Of a stretch of 64,000 bases of DNA, positions 28,501-45,600 are shown in pieces. Position 1 is the stretch's first letter, and every line of letters begins with the position of its first letter. The position numbers and the translations under genes are program-made. This stretch comes from Bugula neritina (Eukaryota > Animalia > Bryozoa). The DNA is taken from assembly GCA_964035545.1 (NCBI GenBank), contig OZ037767.1:18010259-18074258 (forward strand). Direction: 5' to 3'. Under the pieces are notes generated by a model. That model was not told the DNA's origin. It saw only the letters and a list, made by a program, of their open reading frames with translations, and made no database searches.

Positions 28501-31500
28501 TGAAATATACTCTAACTCACTGAAATATAGTGTAATATACGGAAATGTACTGTGACATACTGGAATATACTGTAACACAATGAAATATACTTCAACATAC
28601 TGAAATACGCTGTAACATACTGAAATATACTGCAACCTACAGCAACATACTGAAATATACTGTAACTAACTGAAATATATGGTAAACTACTGAAATATAC
28701 TGTAACACATTGAAAAATACTGCAAGACATTGAAATATACTGCAACACACCGAAACATACGGCATCATACTGAAATATGATGTAGGATACTGAAATACAC
28801 TGCAACACACTGAAGTATACTGTAATATACACAAATGTACTGTAACAAACTGAAACATACGTCAACATACTGAAATGTACTGCACCATACTGAAATACAC
28901 TGTAAGATACTGAATTACACTGCGACATACTGCAACATACTGAAATACGCTGTAACATATTGAAATACACTGCAACACATTGAAATATACCGTAACTCAC
29001 TAAAATATAGTGTTATCAACGGAAATGTACTGTAACATACTGAAACATACTGAAACATACTAAAATAAACTGGAGCATACCGAAACGTACTGCAACGTCC
29101 TGAAATAAACTGCGAGATACTGCAACATACTGAAATACACTGTCACATACTGAAATACACTGCAACATACTGCAACATACTGCAACATACTGAATTACAG
29201 TGTAACATATTGAAACACACTGCAATACATTGAAATATACTGCAACACACTGAAACATACTGCGACATACTGAAATATACTGCAACATATCGAACTGTAT
29301 CGTAATATACGGACATGTACTGTAACATACTGAAACATACCGAAACATACTAAATTATACTGGAACATATCGGAACATACTGCTACATAATGAAATATAC
29401 TGTACCAAACTGAAATATACGGCAAAATACTGGAATATACTGTAACACACTGAAATATACTGCAACATATTGAAATACACTGTAACATAATGAAATATAC
29501 TGCAACATACTGCAACATACTGCAACATACTGAAATACACTGTAACATACTGAAATACACTGCAACATACTACAACATAGTGAAATACACTGCAACATAC
29601 TGAAATATACTGTGACACACTGAAAGAGATTGCAACATACTGAAATACACTGTAACATACTGAAATACACTGCAACATACTGAAATACCCTGCTACATAC
29701 TGAAATATACTGCAAGATACTGCAACATACTGAAATACAGTGTAACATACTGAAATACACTGCAACATACTGCATTATACTGACATACACTGGAACATAT
29801 TGAAATACACTGCAACAAATTGAAGTATACTGCAACACACTGAAACATACGGCAACATACTCAAGTATACTGCAAAACATTGAAATATACTGCAACATAC
29901 TGAAATATAATGCAAGATACTGCAACATAGTGAAATACACTGTGCCAAACTGAGATACACTGCAACATACCGCAACATACTGCAACATACTGAAATACAC
30001 TGTAACATATTGAAATACACTGCAACACATTGAAATATACTGCAACACACCGAAACATACGGCAACATAATGAAATATGCTGTAGCATACTGAAATACAC
30101 TGCAACACACTGAAATATACTGCAACATACTGAAATATACTGCAACACACTGCAACTTACTGAAATACACTGTAACATACTGAAATATACTGCAGAATAC
30201 TACAACATACTGAAATACACTGTAACATGTTGAAATACACTGCAACACGTCGAAATATACTGCAACATACCGAAATACATGGTAAACTACAGAAATATGC
30301 TGTGACACATAGAAAAATACTGCAATATGCTGAAATATACTCTAACACACTGAAATATACTGCGACATACTGAAAAACACTGTAACATACTGAAACATAC
30401 TGCAACATCCTGAAATACACTGCAACATACTGCAACATTTTGAAATATGCTGCAACACATTGAAATATACTGCAACATAACTAAATATATGGTAATATAC
30501 TGAAATATACTGTAACATACTGAAATATACTGCAAGATACTGCAACATATTGAAATGCACTTTAACATACTGAAATACACTGCAACATACTGACTTATAC
30601 TGACATACGCTGTAACATATTGAAATACACTGCAACACATTGAAATATACTCTAACTCACTGAAATATAGTGTAATATACGGAAATGTACTGTGACATAC
30701 TGGAATATACTGTAACACAATGAAATATATTTCAACATACTGAAATACGCTGTAACATACTGAAATATACTGCAACCTACAGCAACATACTGAAATATAC
30801 TGTAACTAACTGAAATATATGGTAAACTACTGAAATATACTGTAACACATTGAAAAATACTGCAACACATTGAAATATACTGCAACACACCGAAACATAC
30901 GGCATCATACTGATATATGATGTAGCATACTGAAATACACTGCAACACACTGAAGTATACTGTAATATACACAAATGTACTGTAACAAACTGAAACATAC
31001 CTCAACATACTGAAATGTACTGCACCATACTGAAATACACTGTAAGATACTGAATTACACTGCGACATACTGCAACATACTGAAATACGCTGTAACATAT
31101 TGAAATACACTGCAACACATTGAAATATACCGTAACTCACAAAAATATAGTGTTATCAACGGAAATGTACTGTAACATACTGAAACATACTGAAACATAC
31201 TAAAATAAACTGGAGCATACCGAAACGTACTGCAACGTCCTGAAATAAACTGCGAGATACTGCAACATACTGAAATACACTGTCACATACTGAAATACAC
31301 TGCAACATACTGCAACATACTGCAACATACTGAATTACAGTGTAACATATTGAAACACACTGCAACACATTGAAATATACTGCAACACACTGAAACATAC
31401 TGCGACATACTGAAATATACTGCAACATATCGAACTGTATCGTAATATACGGACATGTACTGTAACATACTGAAACATACCGAAACATACTAAATTATAC

Positions 31501-31980
31501 TGGAACATATCGGAACATACTGCTACATAATGAAATATACTGTACCAAACTGAAATATACGGCAAAATACTGGAATATACTGTAACACACTGAAATATAC
31601 TGCAACATATTGAAATACACTGTAACATAATGAAATATACTGCAACATACTGCAACATACTGCAACATACTGAAATACACTGTAACATACTGAAATACAC
31701 TGCAACATACTACAACATAGTGAAATACACTGCAACATACTGAAATATACTGTGACACACTGAAAGAGATTGCAACATACTGAAATACACTGTAACATAC
31801 TGAAATACACTGCAACATACTGAAATACCCTGCTACATACTGAAATATACTGCAAGATACTGCAACATACTGAAATACAGTGTAACATACTGAAATACAC
31901 TGCAACATACTGCATTATACTGACATACACTGGAACATATTGAAATACACTGCAACAAAATGAAGTATTCTGCAACACAC
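25561..31980. repeat. Higher-order repeat, 2,140 bp (214 monomers) x3, near-identical
   Basis: ORF triplets 26007/28147/30287, 26372/28512/30652, 26876/29016/31156 and 27215/29355/31495. Confidence 0.9.
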
Positions 31981-33330
31981 TGAAACATACGGCAACATAC
32001 TCAAATATACTGCAACACATTGAAATATACTGCAACATACTGAAATATAATGCAAGATACTGCAACATACTGAAATACACTGTGCCATACTGAGATACAC
32101 TGCAACATACTGCAACATACTGCAACGTACTGAAATACACTGTAACATATTGAAATACACTGCAACACATTGAAGTATACTGCAACACACCGAAACATAC
32201 GGCAACATTATGAAATATGCTGTAGCATACTGAAATACACTGCAACACACTGAAGTATACTGCAACATACTGAAATATACTGCAACACACTTCAACTTAC
32301 GGAAATACACTGTAACATACTGAAATACACTGCAGAATACTACAACATACTGAAATACACTGTAACATGTTGAAATACACTGCGACACATTGAAATATAC
32401 TGCAACATACCAAAATATATGGTAAACTACTGAAAAATGCTGTGACACATAGAAAAATACTGCAATATACTGAAATATACTGTAACACACTGAAATATAC
32501 TGCGACATACTGAAAAACACTGTAACATACTGAAACATACTGTGACACACTGAAAGAGATTGCAACATACTGAAATACACTGTAACATACTGAAATACAC
32601 TGCAACATACTGAAATACCCTGCTACATACTGAAATATACTGCAAGATACTGCAACATACTGAAATACAGTGTAACATACTGAAATACACTGCAACATAC
32701 TGCATTATACTGACATACACTGGAACATATTGAAATACACTGCAACAAAATGAAGTATTCTGCAACACACTGAAACATACGGCAACATACTCAAATATAC
32801 TGCAACACATTGAAATATACTGCAACATACTGAAATATAATGCAAGATACTGCAACATACTGAAATACACTGTGCCATACTGAGATACACTGCAACATAC
32901 TGCAACATACTGCAACGTACTGAAATACACTGTAACATATTGAAATACACTGCAACACATTGAAGTATACTGCAACACACCGAAACATACGGCAACATTA
33001 TGAAATATGCTGTAGCATACTGAAATACACTGCAACACACTGAAGTATACTGCAACATACTGAAATATACTGCAACACACTTCAACTTACGGAAATACAC
33101 TGTAACATACTGAAATACACTGCAGAATACTACAACATACTGAAATACACTGTAACATGTTGAAATACACTGCGACACATTGAAATATACTGCAACATAC
33201 CAAAATATATGGTAAACTACTGAAAAATGCTGTGACACATAGAAAAATACTGCAATATACTGAAATATACTGTAACACACTGAAATATACTGCGACATAC
33301 TGAAAAACACTGTAACATACTGAAACATAC
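31751..33330. repeat. Tandem duplication, 790 bp x2
   Basis: tgtgacacactgaaagagat at 31751 and 32541. ORF pairs 32001/32791, 32297/33087. Shared private variants such as caaaatgaagtattc. Confidence 0.88.
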
Positions 33331-35799
33331 TGCAACATCCTGAAATACATCGCAACATACTACAACATATTGAAATACTCTGCAACACAGTGAAATATAC
33401 TGCAACATACCTAAATATATGGTAATATACTGAAATATACTGTAACATACTGAAATATACTGCAAGATACTGCAACATACTGAAATGCACTTTAACATAC
33501 TGAAATACACTGCAACATACTGCAACATACTGCAACATACTGAATTACAGTGTAACATATTGAAACACACTGCAATACATTGAAATATACTGCAACACAC
33601 TGAAACATACGGCAACATACTCAAATATACTGCAACACATTGAAATATACTGCAACATACTGAAATATAATGCAAGATACTGCAACATACTGAAATACAC
33701 TGCTACATACTGAAATACACTGCAACATACTGACTTATACTGACATACACTGGAACATATTGGTATACACTGCAACAAATTGAAGTATACTGCAACACAC
33801 TGAAACAGACAGGAACATGCTGAAATACACAGCGACACATTGAAGTATACTGCAACATACTGCAATATACTGAAATATAATGCAAGATACTGCAACATAC
33901 TGAAATACACTGTGACATACTGAGATACACTGCAACATACTGACATACTGAAATACGCTGTAACTTATTGAAATACACTGCAACACATTAAAATATACTG
34001 CAACACACCGAAACATACGGCAACATACTGAAATATGATGTAGCATACTGAAATACACTGCAACACACTGAAGTATACTGTAATATACAGAAATGTACTG
34101 TAACAAACTGAAACATACGTCAACATACTGAAATACGCTGTAACATATTGAGATACACTGCAACACATTGAAATATACTGGAACTCACTGAAATATAGTG
34201 TGATCAACGGAAATGTACTGTAACATACTGAAACATACTGAAACATACTGAAACATACTAAAATATACTGGAGCATACCGAAACGTACTGCAACATACTG
34301 AAATATACTGCTAGATACTGCAACATACTGAAATACACTGTAACATACTGAAATACACTGCAACATACTGCAACATGCTACAACATACTGCAACATACTG
34401 CAACCTACTGAATTACAGTGTAACATATTGAAATACACTGCAACAAATTGGAGTATACTGCAACACACTGAAGTTTACTGTAATATACAGAAATGTACTG
34501 TAACAAACTGAAACATACGTCAACATACTGAAATACACTGCCACATACTGAAATATACTGCAACATACTGAAATTTACTGCAACATACTGAAATACGCTG
34601 CTACATACTGAAATACACTGCAACATACTGACTTATACTGACATACACTGGAACATATTGAAATACACTGCAACAAATTGAAGTATACTGCAACACACTG
34701 AAACAGACGGGAACATGCTGAAATATACAGGGACACATTGAAGTATACTGCAACATACTGCAATATATTGAAATATAATGCAAGATACTGCAACATACTG
34801 AAATACACTGTGACATACTGAGATACACTGCAACATACTGCAACATACTGAAATACGCTGTAACTTATTGAAATACACTGCAACACATTGAAATATACTG
34901 CAACACACCGAAACGTACGGCAACATACTGAAATATGATGTAGCATACTGAAATACACTGCAACTCACTGAAGTATACTGTAATATACAGAAATGTACTG
35001 TAACAAACTGAAACATACGTCAACACACTGAAATATGCTGTAACATATTGAAATACACTGCAACACATTGAAATATACTGTTACTTACTGAAATATAGTG
35101 TAATCAACGGAAATGTACTGTAACATGCTGAAACATACTGAAACATACTAAAATATACTGGAGCATACCGAAACGTACTGCAACATACTTGAAATATACT
35201 GCGAGATACTGCAACATACTGAAATACACTGTAACATACTGAAATACACTGCAACATACTGCAACATACTACAACATACTGCAACATACTGCAACATACT
35301 GAATTACAGTGTAACATATTGAAATACACTGCAATACATTGAAATATACTGCAACACACTGAAACATTCTGCAACATACGGAAATATACTGCAACATATC
35401 AAAGTGTATCGTAATATACGGACATGTACTGAAACATACTGAAACATACTGAAACATACTAAAATATACTGGAACATACCGGAACATACTGCAAAATAAT
35501 GAAACATGCTGTACCACACTGAAATATACGGCAAAATACTGAAATACACTGCAACATACTGCATTATACTGACATACACTGGAACATATTGAAATACACT
35601 GCAACAAATTGAAGTATACTGCAATACACTGAAACATACGGCAATATACTCAAATATACTGCAACACATTACAATATACTGCAACGAACTGAAATATGAT
35701 GCAAGATACTGCAACATACTGAAATACACTGTGACATACTGAGATACACAGCAACATTCTGCAACATACTGAAATACACTGTAACATATTGAAAGACAC

Positions 35800-38700
35800 T
35801 GCAACACATTGAAATATACTGCAACACACCGAAACGTACGGCAACATATTGAAATATGCTGTAGCATACTGAAATACACTGCAACACACTGAAGTATACT
35901 GTAATATACATAAATGTACTGTAACAAACTGTAATATACTGCAACATACTGAAATATACTGCAACACACTGCAACTCACTGAAATACACTGTAACATACT
36001 AAAATACACTGCAAAATACTACAACATACTGAAATATACTGTAACACATAGAAAAATACTGCATACACTGCAATATACTGTAACACACTGAAATATACTG
36101 CAACATACTGAAATACACTGTAACATACTGAAACATACTGCAACATACTGAAATACACTGCAACATACTACAACATTTTAAAATACACTTCAACACATTG
36201 AAATATACTGCAACATACCTAAATATACGGTAATATACTGAAATATACTGTAACATACTGAAATATACTGCAAGATACTGCAACATACTGAAATGCACTT
36301 TAACATACTGAAATACACTGCAACATACTGACTTATAGCCTACTGACATACACTGGAACAACTTAAAATACACTGCAACAAATTGAAGTATACTGCAACA
36401 CACTGAAGTAAACTGTAATATACAGAAATGTACTGTAACAAACTGAAACATACTGGAACATACTAAAATACACTGCTACATACTGAAATACACTGTAACA
36501 TATTGAAATACACTGCAACACATTGAAATATACTGCAACACACCGAAACATACAGCAACATACTGAAATACATTGCTACATACTGAAATTTACTGCAACA
36601 TACTGCAACATACTGAAATACACTGCTACATACTGAAATTTACTGCAACATGCTGCAACATACTGAAATACACTGTAATATACTGAGTTACACTGCAACA
36701 TACTGCAACATACTGAAATACGCTGTAACATATTGAAACACACTGCAACACATTGAAATATACTGTAACTCACTGAAATATAGTGTAATAAACGGAAATA
36801 TACTGTAACATACTGAAACATACTGAAACATACTAAAATATACTGGAGCATACCGAGACGTACTGCAACATACTGAAATATACTGCCAGATACTGCAACA
36901 TACTGAAATACACTGTAACATACTGAAATACACTGCAACATACTGCAACATACTGCAACATACTGAAATACGGTGTAACATATTGAAATTCATTGCAATA
37001 CATTGAAATATACTGCAACACACTGAATCATACTGCAACATACTGAAATATACCGCAACATATCGAAGTATATCGTAATATACGGACATGTACTGTAACA
37101 TACTGAAACATACTGAAACATACTAAAATATACTGGAACATACCGAAACATACTGCAACATAATGAAATATACTGTACCACGAAATGTACTGTAACATAG
37201 TGGAATATACTGTAACACACTGAATTATACTGCAACATATTGAAATACACTGTAACATAATGAAATATACTGCAACATACTGCAACATACTGCAACATAC
37301 TGAAATACACTGTAACATACTGAAATACACTGCAACATACTACAACATAGTGAAATACACTGCAACATACTGAAATATACTGTGACACACTGAAAGAGAC
37401 TGCAACATACTGAAATACACTGTAATATACTGATATACATTGCAAAATACTGAAATACCCTGCTACATACTGAAATATACTGCAAGATACTGCAACATAC
37501 TGAAATACAGTGTAACATACTGAAATACACTGCAACGTACTGCATTATACTGACATACACTGGAACATATTGAAATACACTGCAACAAATTGAAGTATAC
37601 TGCAACACACTGAAACAGACGTGAACATGCTGAAATATACAGCGAAACATTGAAGTATACTGTAACATACTGCAATATACTGAAATATAATGCAAGATAC
37701 TGCAACATACTGAAATACACAGTGACATACTGAGATACACTGCAACATACTGCAACATACTGAAATACGCTGTAACTTATTGAAAGACACTGCAACACAT
37801 TGAAATATACTGCAACACACCGAAACGTACGGCAACATATTGAAATATGCTGTAGCATACTGAATTACACTGCAACACACTGAAGTATACTGTAATATAC
37901 ATAAATGTACTGTAACAAACTGAAATATACTGCAACATACTGAAATATACTGCAACACACTGCAACTTACTGAAATACACTGTAACATACTAAAATACAC
38001 TGCAAAATACTACAACATACTGAAATATACTGTAACACATAGAAAAATACTGCATATACTGCAATATACTGTAACACACTGAAATATACTGCAACATACT
38101 GAAATACACTGTAACATACTGAAACATACTGCAACATACTGAAATACACTGCAACATACTACAACATTTTGAAATACACTGCAACACATTGAAATATACT
38201 GCAACATACCTAAATATACGGTAATATACTGAAATATACTGTAACATACTGAAATATACTGCAAGATACTGCAACATACTGAAATGCACTTTAACATACT
38301 GAAATACACTGCAACATACTGACTTATAGCCTACTGACATACACTGGAACAACTTAAAATACACTGCAACAAATTGAAGTATACTGCAACACACTGAAGT
38401 ATACTGTAATATACAGAAATGTACTGTAACAAACTGAAACATACGTCAACATACTGAAAGACACTGCCACATACTGAAATATACTGCAACAAACCGAAAT
38501 ATACTGGAACATACTAAAATACACTGCTACATACTGAAATACACTGTAACATATTGAAATACACTGCAACACATTGAAATATACTGCAACACACCGAAAC
38601 ATACAGCAACATACTGAAATACATTGCTACATACTGAAATTTACTGCAACATACTGCAACATACTGAAATACACTGCTACATACTGAAATTTACTGCAAC

Positions 38701-39600
38701 ATACTGCAACATACTGAAATACACTGTAATATACTGAGTTACACTGCAACATACTGCAACATACTGAAATACGCTGTAACATATTGAAACACACTGCAAC
38801 ACATTGAAATATACTGTAACTCACTGAAATATAGTGTAATAAACGGAAATATACTGTAACATACTGAAACATACTGAAACATACTAAAATATACTGGAGC
38901 ATACCGAGACGTACTGCAACATACTGAAATATACTGCCAGATACTGCAACATACTGAAATACACTGTAACATACTGAAATACACTGCAACATACTGCAAC
39001 ATACTGCAACATACTGAAATACGGTGTAACATATTGAAATTCATTGCAATACATTGAAATATACTGCAACACACTGAATCATACTGCAACATACTGACAT
39101 ATACCGCAACATATCGAAGTATATCGTAATATACGGACATGTACTGTAACATACTGAAACATACTGAAACATACTAAAATATACTGGAACATACCGAAAC
39201 ATACTGCAACATAATGAAATATACTGTACCACGAAATGTACTGTAACATAGTGGAATATACTGTAACACACTGAAATATACTGCAACATATTGAAATACA
39301 CTGTAACATAATGAAATATACTGCAACATACTGCAACATACTGCAACATACTGAAATACACTGTAACATACTGAAATACACTGCAACATACTACAACATA
39401 GTGAAATACACTGCAACATACTGAAATATACTGTGACACACTGAAAGAGACTGCAACATACTGAAATACACTGTAATATGCTGATATACACTGCAAAATA
39501 CTGAAATACCCTGCTACATACTGAAATATACTGCAAGATACTGCAACATACTGAAATACAGTGTAACATACTGAAATACACTGCAACGTACTGCATTATA
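35800..39600. repeat. ~2.0-kb tandem duplication (offset 1991 then 2051)
   Basis: ORF pairs 35976/37967, 36363/38354, 36576/38627, 36990/39041. Confidence 0.75.
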
Positions 39601-42600
39601 CTGACATACACTGGAACATATTGATATACACTGCAACAAATTGAAGTATACTGCAACACACAGAAACATACGGCAACATAATGAAATATGCTGTAGCATA
39701 CTGAAATACACTGCAACACACTGAAGTATACTGCAACATACTGAAATATACTGCAACACACTGCAACTTACTGAAATAGACTGTAACATACTGAAACACA
39801 CTGCAGAATACTACAACATACTGAAATACACTGTAACATGTTGAAATACACTGCAACACATTGAAATATACTGCAACATACCGAAATATATGGTAAACTA
39901 CTGACATATGCTGTGACACATAGAAAAATACTGCAATATACTGAAACATACTGTAACACACTGAAATATACTGCGACATACTGAAAAACACTGTAACATA
40001 CTGAAACATACTGCAACATACTGAAGTTTACTGTAATATACAGAAATGTACTGTAACAAACTGAAACATATGTCAACATACTGAAATACACTGCCACATA
40101 CTGAAATATACTGCAACATACTGAAATTTACTGCAACATACTGAAATACACTGTAACATACTGAAATACACTGCAACATACTGCAACATACTGCAACATA
40201 CTGAAATACGGTGTAACATATTGAAATTCATTGCAATACATTGAAATATACTGCAACACACTGAATCATACTGCAACATACTGAAATATACCGCAACATA
40301 TCGAAGTATATCGTAATATACGGACATGTACTGTAACATACTGAAACATACTGAAACATACTAAAATATACTGGAACATACCGAAACATACTGCAACATA
40401 ATGAAATATACTGTACCACGAAATGTACTGTAACATAGTGGAATATACTGTAACACACTGAAATATACTGCAACATATTGAAATACACTGTAACATAATG
40501 AAATATACTGCAACATACTGCAACATACTGCAACATACTGAAATACACTGTAACATACTGAAATACACTGCAACATACTACAACATAGTGAAATACACTG
40601 CAACATACTGAAATATACTGTGACACACTGAAAGAGACTGCAACATACTGAAATACACTGTAATATACTGATATACACTGCAAAATACTGAAATACCCTG
40701 CTACATACTGAAATATACTGCAAGATACTGCAACATACTGAAATACAGTGTAACATACTGAAATACACTGCAACGTACTGCATTATACTGACATACACTG
40801 GAACATATTGAAATACACTGCAACAAATTGAAGTATACTGCAACACACTGAAACAGACGTGAACATGCTGAAATATACAGCGAAACATTGAAGTATACTG
40901 CAACATACTGCAACATACTGAAATACGCTGTAACTTATTGAAATACACTGCAACACATTGAAATATACTGCAACACACCGAAACATACGGCAACATACTG
41001 AAATATGATGTAGCATACTGAAATACACCGCAACACACTGAAGTATACTGTAATATACAGAAATGTACTGTAACAAACTGAAACATACGCCAACATACTG
41101 AAATTTGCTGTAACATATTGAAACACACTGCAACACATTGAAATATACTGTAACTCACTGAAATATAGTGTAATCAACGGAAATGTACTGTAACATACTG
41201 AAACATACTGAAACATACTAAAATATACTGGAGCATACCGAAACGTACTGCAACATACTGAAATATACTGCGAGATACTGCAACATACTGAAATACACTG
41301 TAACATACTGAAATACACTGCAACATACTGCAACATACTACAACATACTGCAACATACTGCAACATACTGAATTACAGTGTAACATATTGAAATACACTG
41401 CAATACATTGAAGTATACTGCAACACACTGAAACATAATGCAACATACGGAAATATACCGCAACATATCAAAGTGTATCGTAGTGTACGGACATGTACTG
41501 TAACATACTGAAACATACTGAAACATACTAAATAATACTGAAACATACCGGAACATACTGCAACATAATGAATTATACTGTACCACACTGAAATATATGG
41601 CAAAATACTGAAATACACTGCAACAAATTGAAGTATACTGCAACACACTGAAGTTTACTGTAATATACAGAAATGTACTGTAACAAACTGAAACATACGT
41701 CAACATACTGAAATACACTGCCACATACTGAAATATACTGCAACATACTGACTTATACTGACATACACTGGAACATATTGAAATACACTGCAACAAATTG
41801 AAGTATACTGCAACACACTGAAACAGACGTGAACATGCTGAAATATACAGCGAAACATTGACGTATACTGTAACATACTGCAATATACTGAAATATAATG
41901 CAAGATACTGCAACATACTGAAATACACAGTGACATACTGAGATACACTGCAACATACTGCAACATACTGAAATACGCTGTAACTTATTGAAATACACTG
42001 CAACACATTGAAATATACTGCAACACACCGAAACATACGGCAACATACTGAAATATGATGTAGCATACTGAAATGCACCGCAACACACTGAAGTATACTG
42101 TAATATACAGAAATGTACTGTAACAAACTGAAACATACGTCAACATACTGAAATTTACTGTAACATATTGAAACACACTGCAACACATTGAAATATACTG
42201 TCACTCACTGAAATATAGTGTAATCAACAGAAATGTACTGTAACATACTGAAACATACTGAAACATACTAAAATATACTGGAGCATACCGAAACGCACTG
42301 CAACATACTGAAATATACTGCGAGATACTGCAACATACTGAAATACACTGTAACATACTGAAATACACTGCAACATACTGCAACATACTACAACATACTG
42401 CAACATACTGCAACATACTGAATTACAGTGTAACATATTGAAATACACTGCAATACATTGAAATATACTGCAACACACTGAAACATACTGCAACATACGG
42501 AAATATACTGCAACATATCAAAGTGTATCGTAGTGTACGGACATGTACTGTAACATACTGAAACATACTGAAGCATACTAAATAATACTGAAACATACCG

Positions 42601-45600
42601 GAACATACTGCAACATAATGAATTATACTGCACCACACTGAAATATATGGCAAAATACTGAAATACACTGCAACATACTGCATTATACTGACATACACTG
42701 GAACATATTGAAATACACTGCAACAAATTGAAGTATACTGCAACACACTGAAACATACGGCAATATACTCAAATATACTGCAACACATTAAAATATACTG
42801 CAACATACTGAAATATAATGCAAGACACTGCAAGATACTGAATTACACTGTGACATACTGAGATACACAGCAACATACTGCAACATACTGAAATACACTG
42901 TAACATATTGAAAGACACTACAACACATTGAAATATACTGCAACACACCGAAACGTACGGCAACATATTGAAATATGCTGTAGCATACTGAAATACACTG
43001 CAACACACTGAAGTATACTGTAATATACATAAATGTACTGTAACAAACTGAAATATACTGCAACATACTGAAATATACTGCAACACACTGCAACTTACTG
43101 AAATACACTGTAACATACTGAAATACACTGCAAAATACTACAACATACTGAAATACACTGTAACACATTGAAATACACTGCAACACATTGATATATACTG
43201 CAACATACCGAAATATATGGTAAACTACTGAAATATACTGTAAAACATAGAAAAATACTGCAATATACTGAAATATACTGTAACACACTGAAATATACAG
43301 CAACATACTGAAATACACTGTAACATACTGAAACATACTGCAATATACTGAAATACACTGCAACATACTACAACATTTTGAAATACACTGCAACACATTG
43401 AAATATACTGCAACATACCTAAATATAAGGTAATATACTGAAATATACTGTAACATACTGAAATATACTGCAAGATACTGCAACATACTGAAATGCACTT
43501 TAACATACCGAAATACACTGCAACATACTGACTTATAGCCTACTGACATACACTGGAACATATTGAAATACACTGCAACAAATTGAAGTATACTGCAACA
43601 CACTGAAGTATACTGTAATATACAGAAATGTACTGTAACAAACTGAAACATACGTCAACATACTGAAAGACACTGCCACATACTGAAATATACTGCAAAT
43701 AACTGAAATATACTGCAACATACTAAAATACACTGCTACATACTGAAATACACTGTAACATATTGAAATACACTGCAACACATTGAAATATACTGCAACA
43801 CACCGAAACACACGGCAACATACTGAAATATGCTCTAGCATACTGAAATACACTGCAACACACTGAAGTATACTGTAAGATACAGAAATAAACTGCCACA
43901 TACTGAAATTTACTGCAACATACTGCAACATACTGAAATACACTGTAATATACTGAGTTACACTGCAACATACTGCAACATACTGAAATACGCTGTAACA
44001 TATTGAAACACACTGCAACACATTGAAATATACTGTAACTCACTGAAATATAGTGTAATAAACGGAAATATACTGTAACATACTGAAACATACTGAAACA
44101 TACTAAAATATACTGGAGCATACCGAGACGTACTGCAACATACTGAAATATACTGCCAGATACTGCAACATACTGAAATACACTGTAACATACTGAAATA
44201 CACTGCAACGTACTGCATTATACTGACATACACTGGAACATATTGAAATACACTGCAACAAATTGAAGTATACTGCAACACACAGAAACATACGGCAACA
44301 TAATGAAATATGCTGTAGCATACTGAAATACACTGCAACACACTGAAGTATACTGCAACATACTGAAATATACTGCAACACACTGCAACTTACTGAATTA
44401 GACTGTAACATACTAAAATACACTGCAGAATACTACAACATACTGAAATACACTGTAACATGTTGAATTACACTGCAACACATTGAAATATACTGCAACA
44501 TACCGAAATATATGGTAAACTACTGAAATATGCTGTGACACATAGAAAAATACTGCAATATACTGAAACATACTGTAACACACTGAAATATACTGCGACA
44601 TACTGAAAAACACTGTAACATACTGAAACATACTGCAACATACTGAAGTTTACTGTAATATACAGAAATGTACTGTAACAAACTGAAACATATGTCAACA
44701 TACTGAAATACACTGCCACATACTGAAATATACTGCAACATACTGAAATTTACTGCAACATACTGAAATACACTGTAACATACTGAAATACACTGCAACA
44801 TACTGCAACATACTGCAACATACTGAAATACGGTGTAACATATTGAAATTCATTGCAATACATTGAAATATACTGCAACACACTGAATCAAACTGCAACA
44901 TACTGAAATATACCGCAACATATCGAAGTATATCGTAATATACGGACATGTACTGTAACATACTGAAACATACTGAAACATACTAAAATATACTGGAACA
45001 TACCGAAACATACTGCAACATAATGAAATATACTGTACCACGAAATGTACTGTAACATAGTGGAATATACTGTAACACACTGAAATATACTGCAACATAT
45101 TGAAATACACTGTAACATAATGAAATATACTGCAACATACTGCAACATACTGCAACATACTGAAATACACTGTAACATACTGAAATACACTGCAACATAC
45201 TACAACATAGTGAAATACACTGCAACATACTGAAATATACTGTGACACACTGAAAGAGACTGCAACATACTGAAATACACTGTAATATACTGATATACAC
45301 TGCAAAATACTGAAATACCCTGCTACATACTGAAATATACTGCAAGATACTGCAACATACTGAAATACAGTGTAACATACTGAAATACACTGCAACGTAC
45401 TGCATTATACTGACATACACTGGAACATATTGAAATACACTGCAACAAATTGAAGTATACTGCAACACACTGAAACAGACGTGAACATGCTGAAATATAC
45501 AGCGAAACATTGAAGTATACTGTAACATACTGCAATATACTGAAATATAATGCAAGATACTGCAACATACTGAAATACACAGTGACATACTGAGATACAC

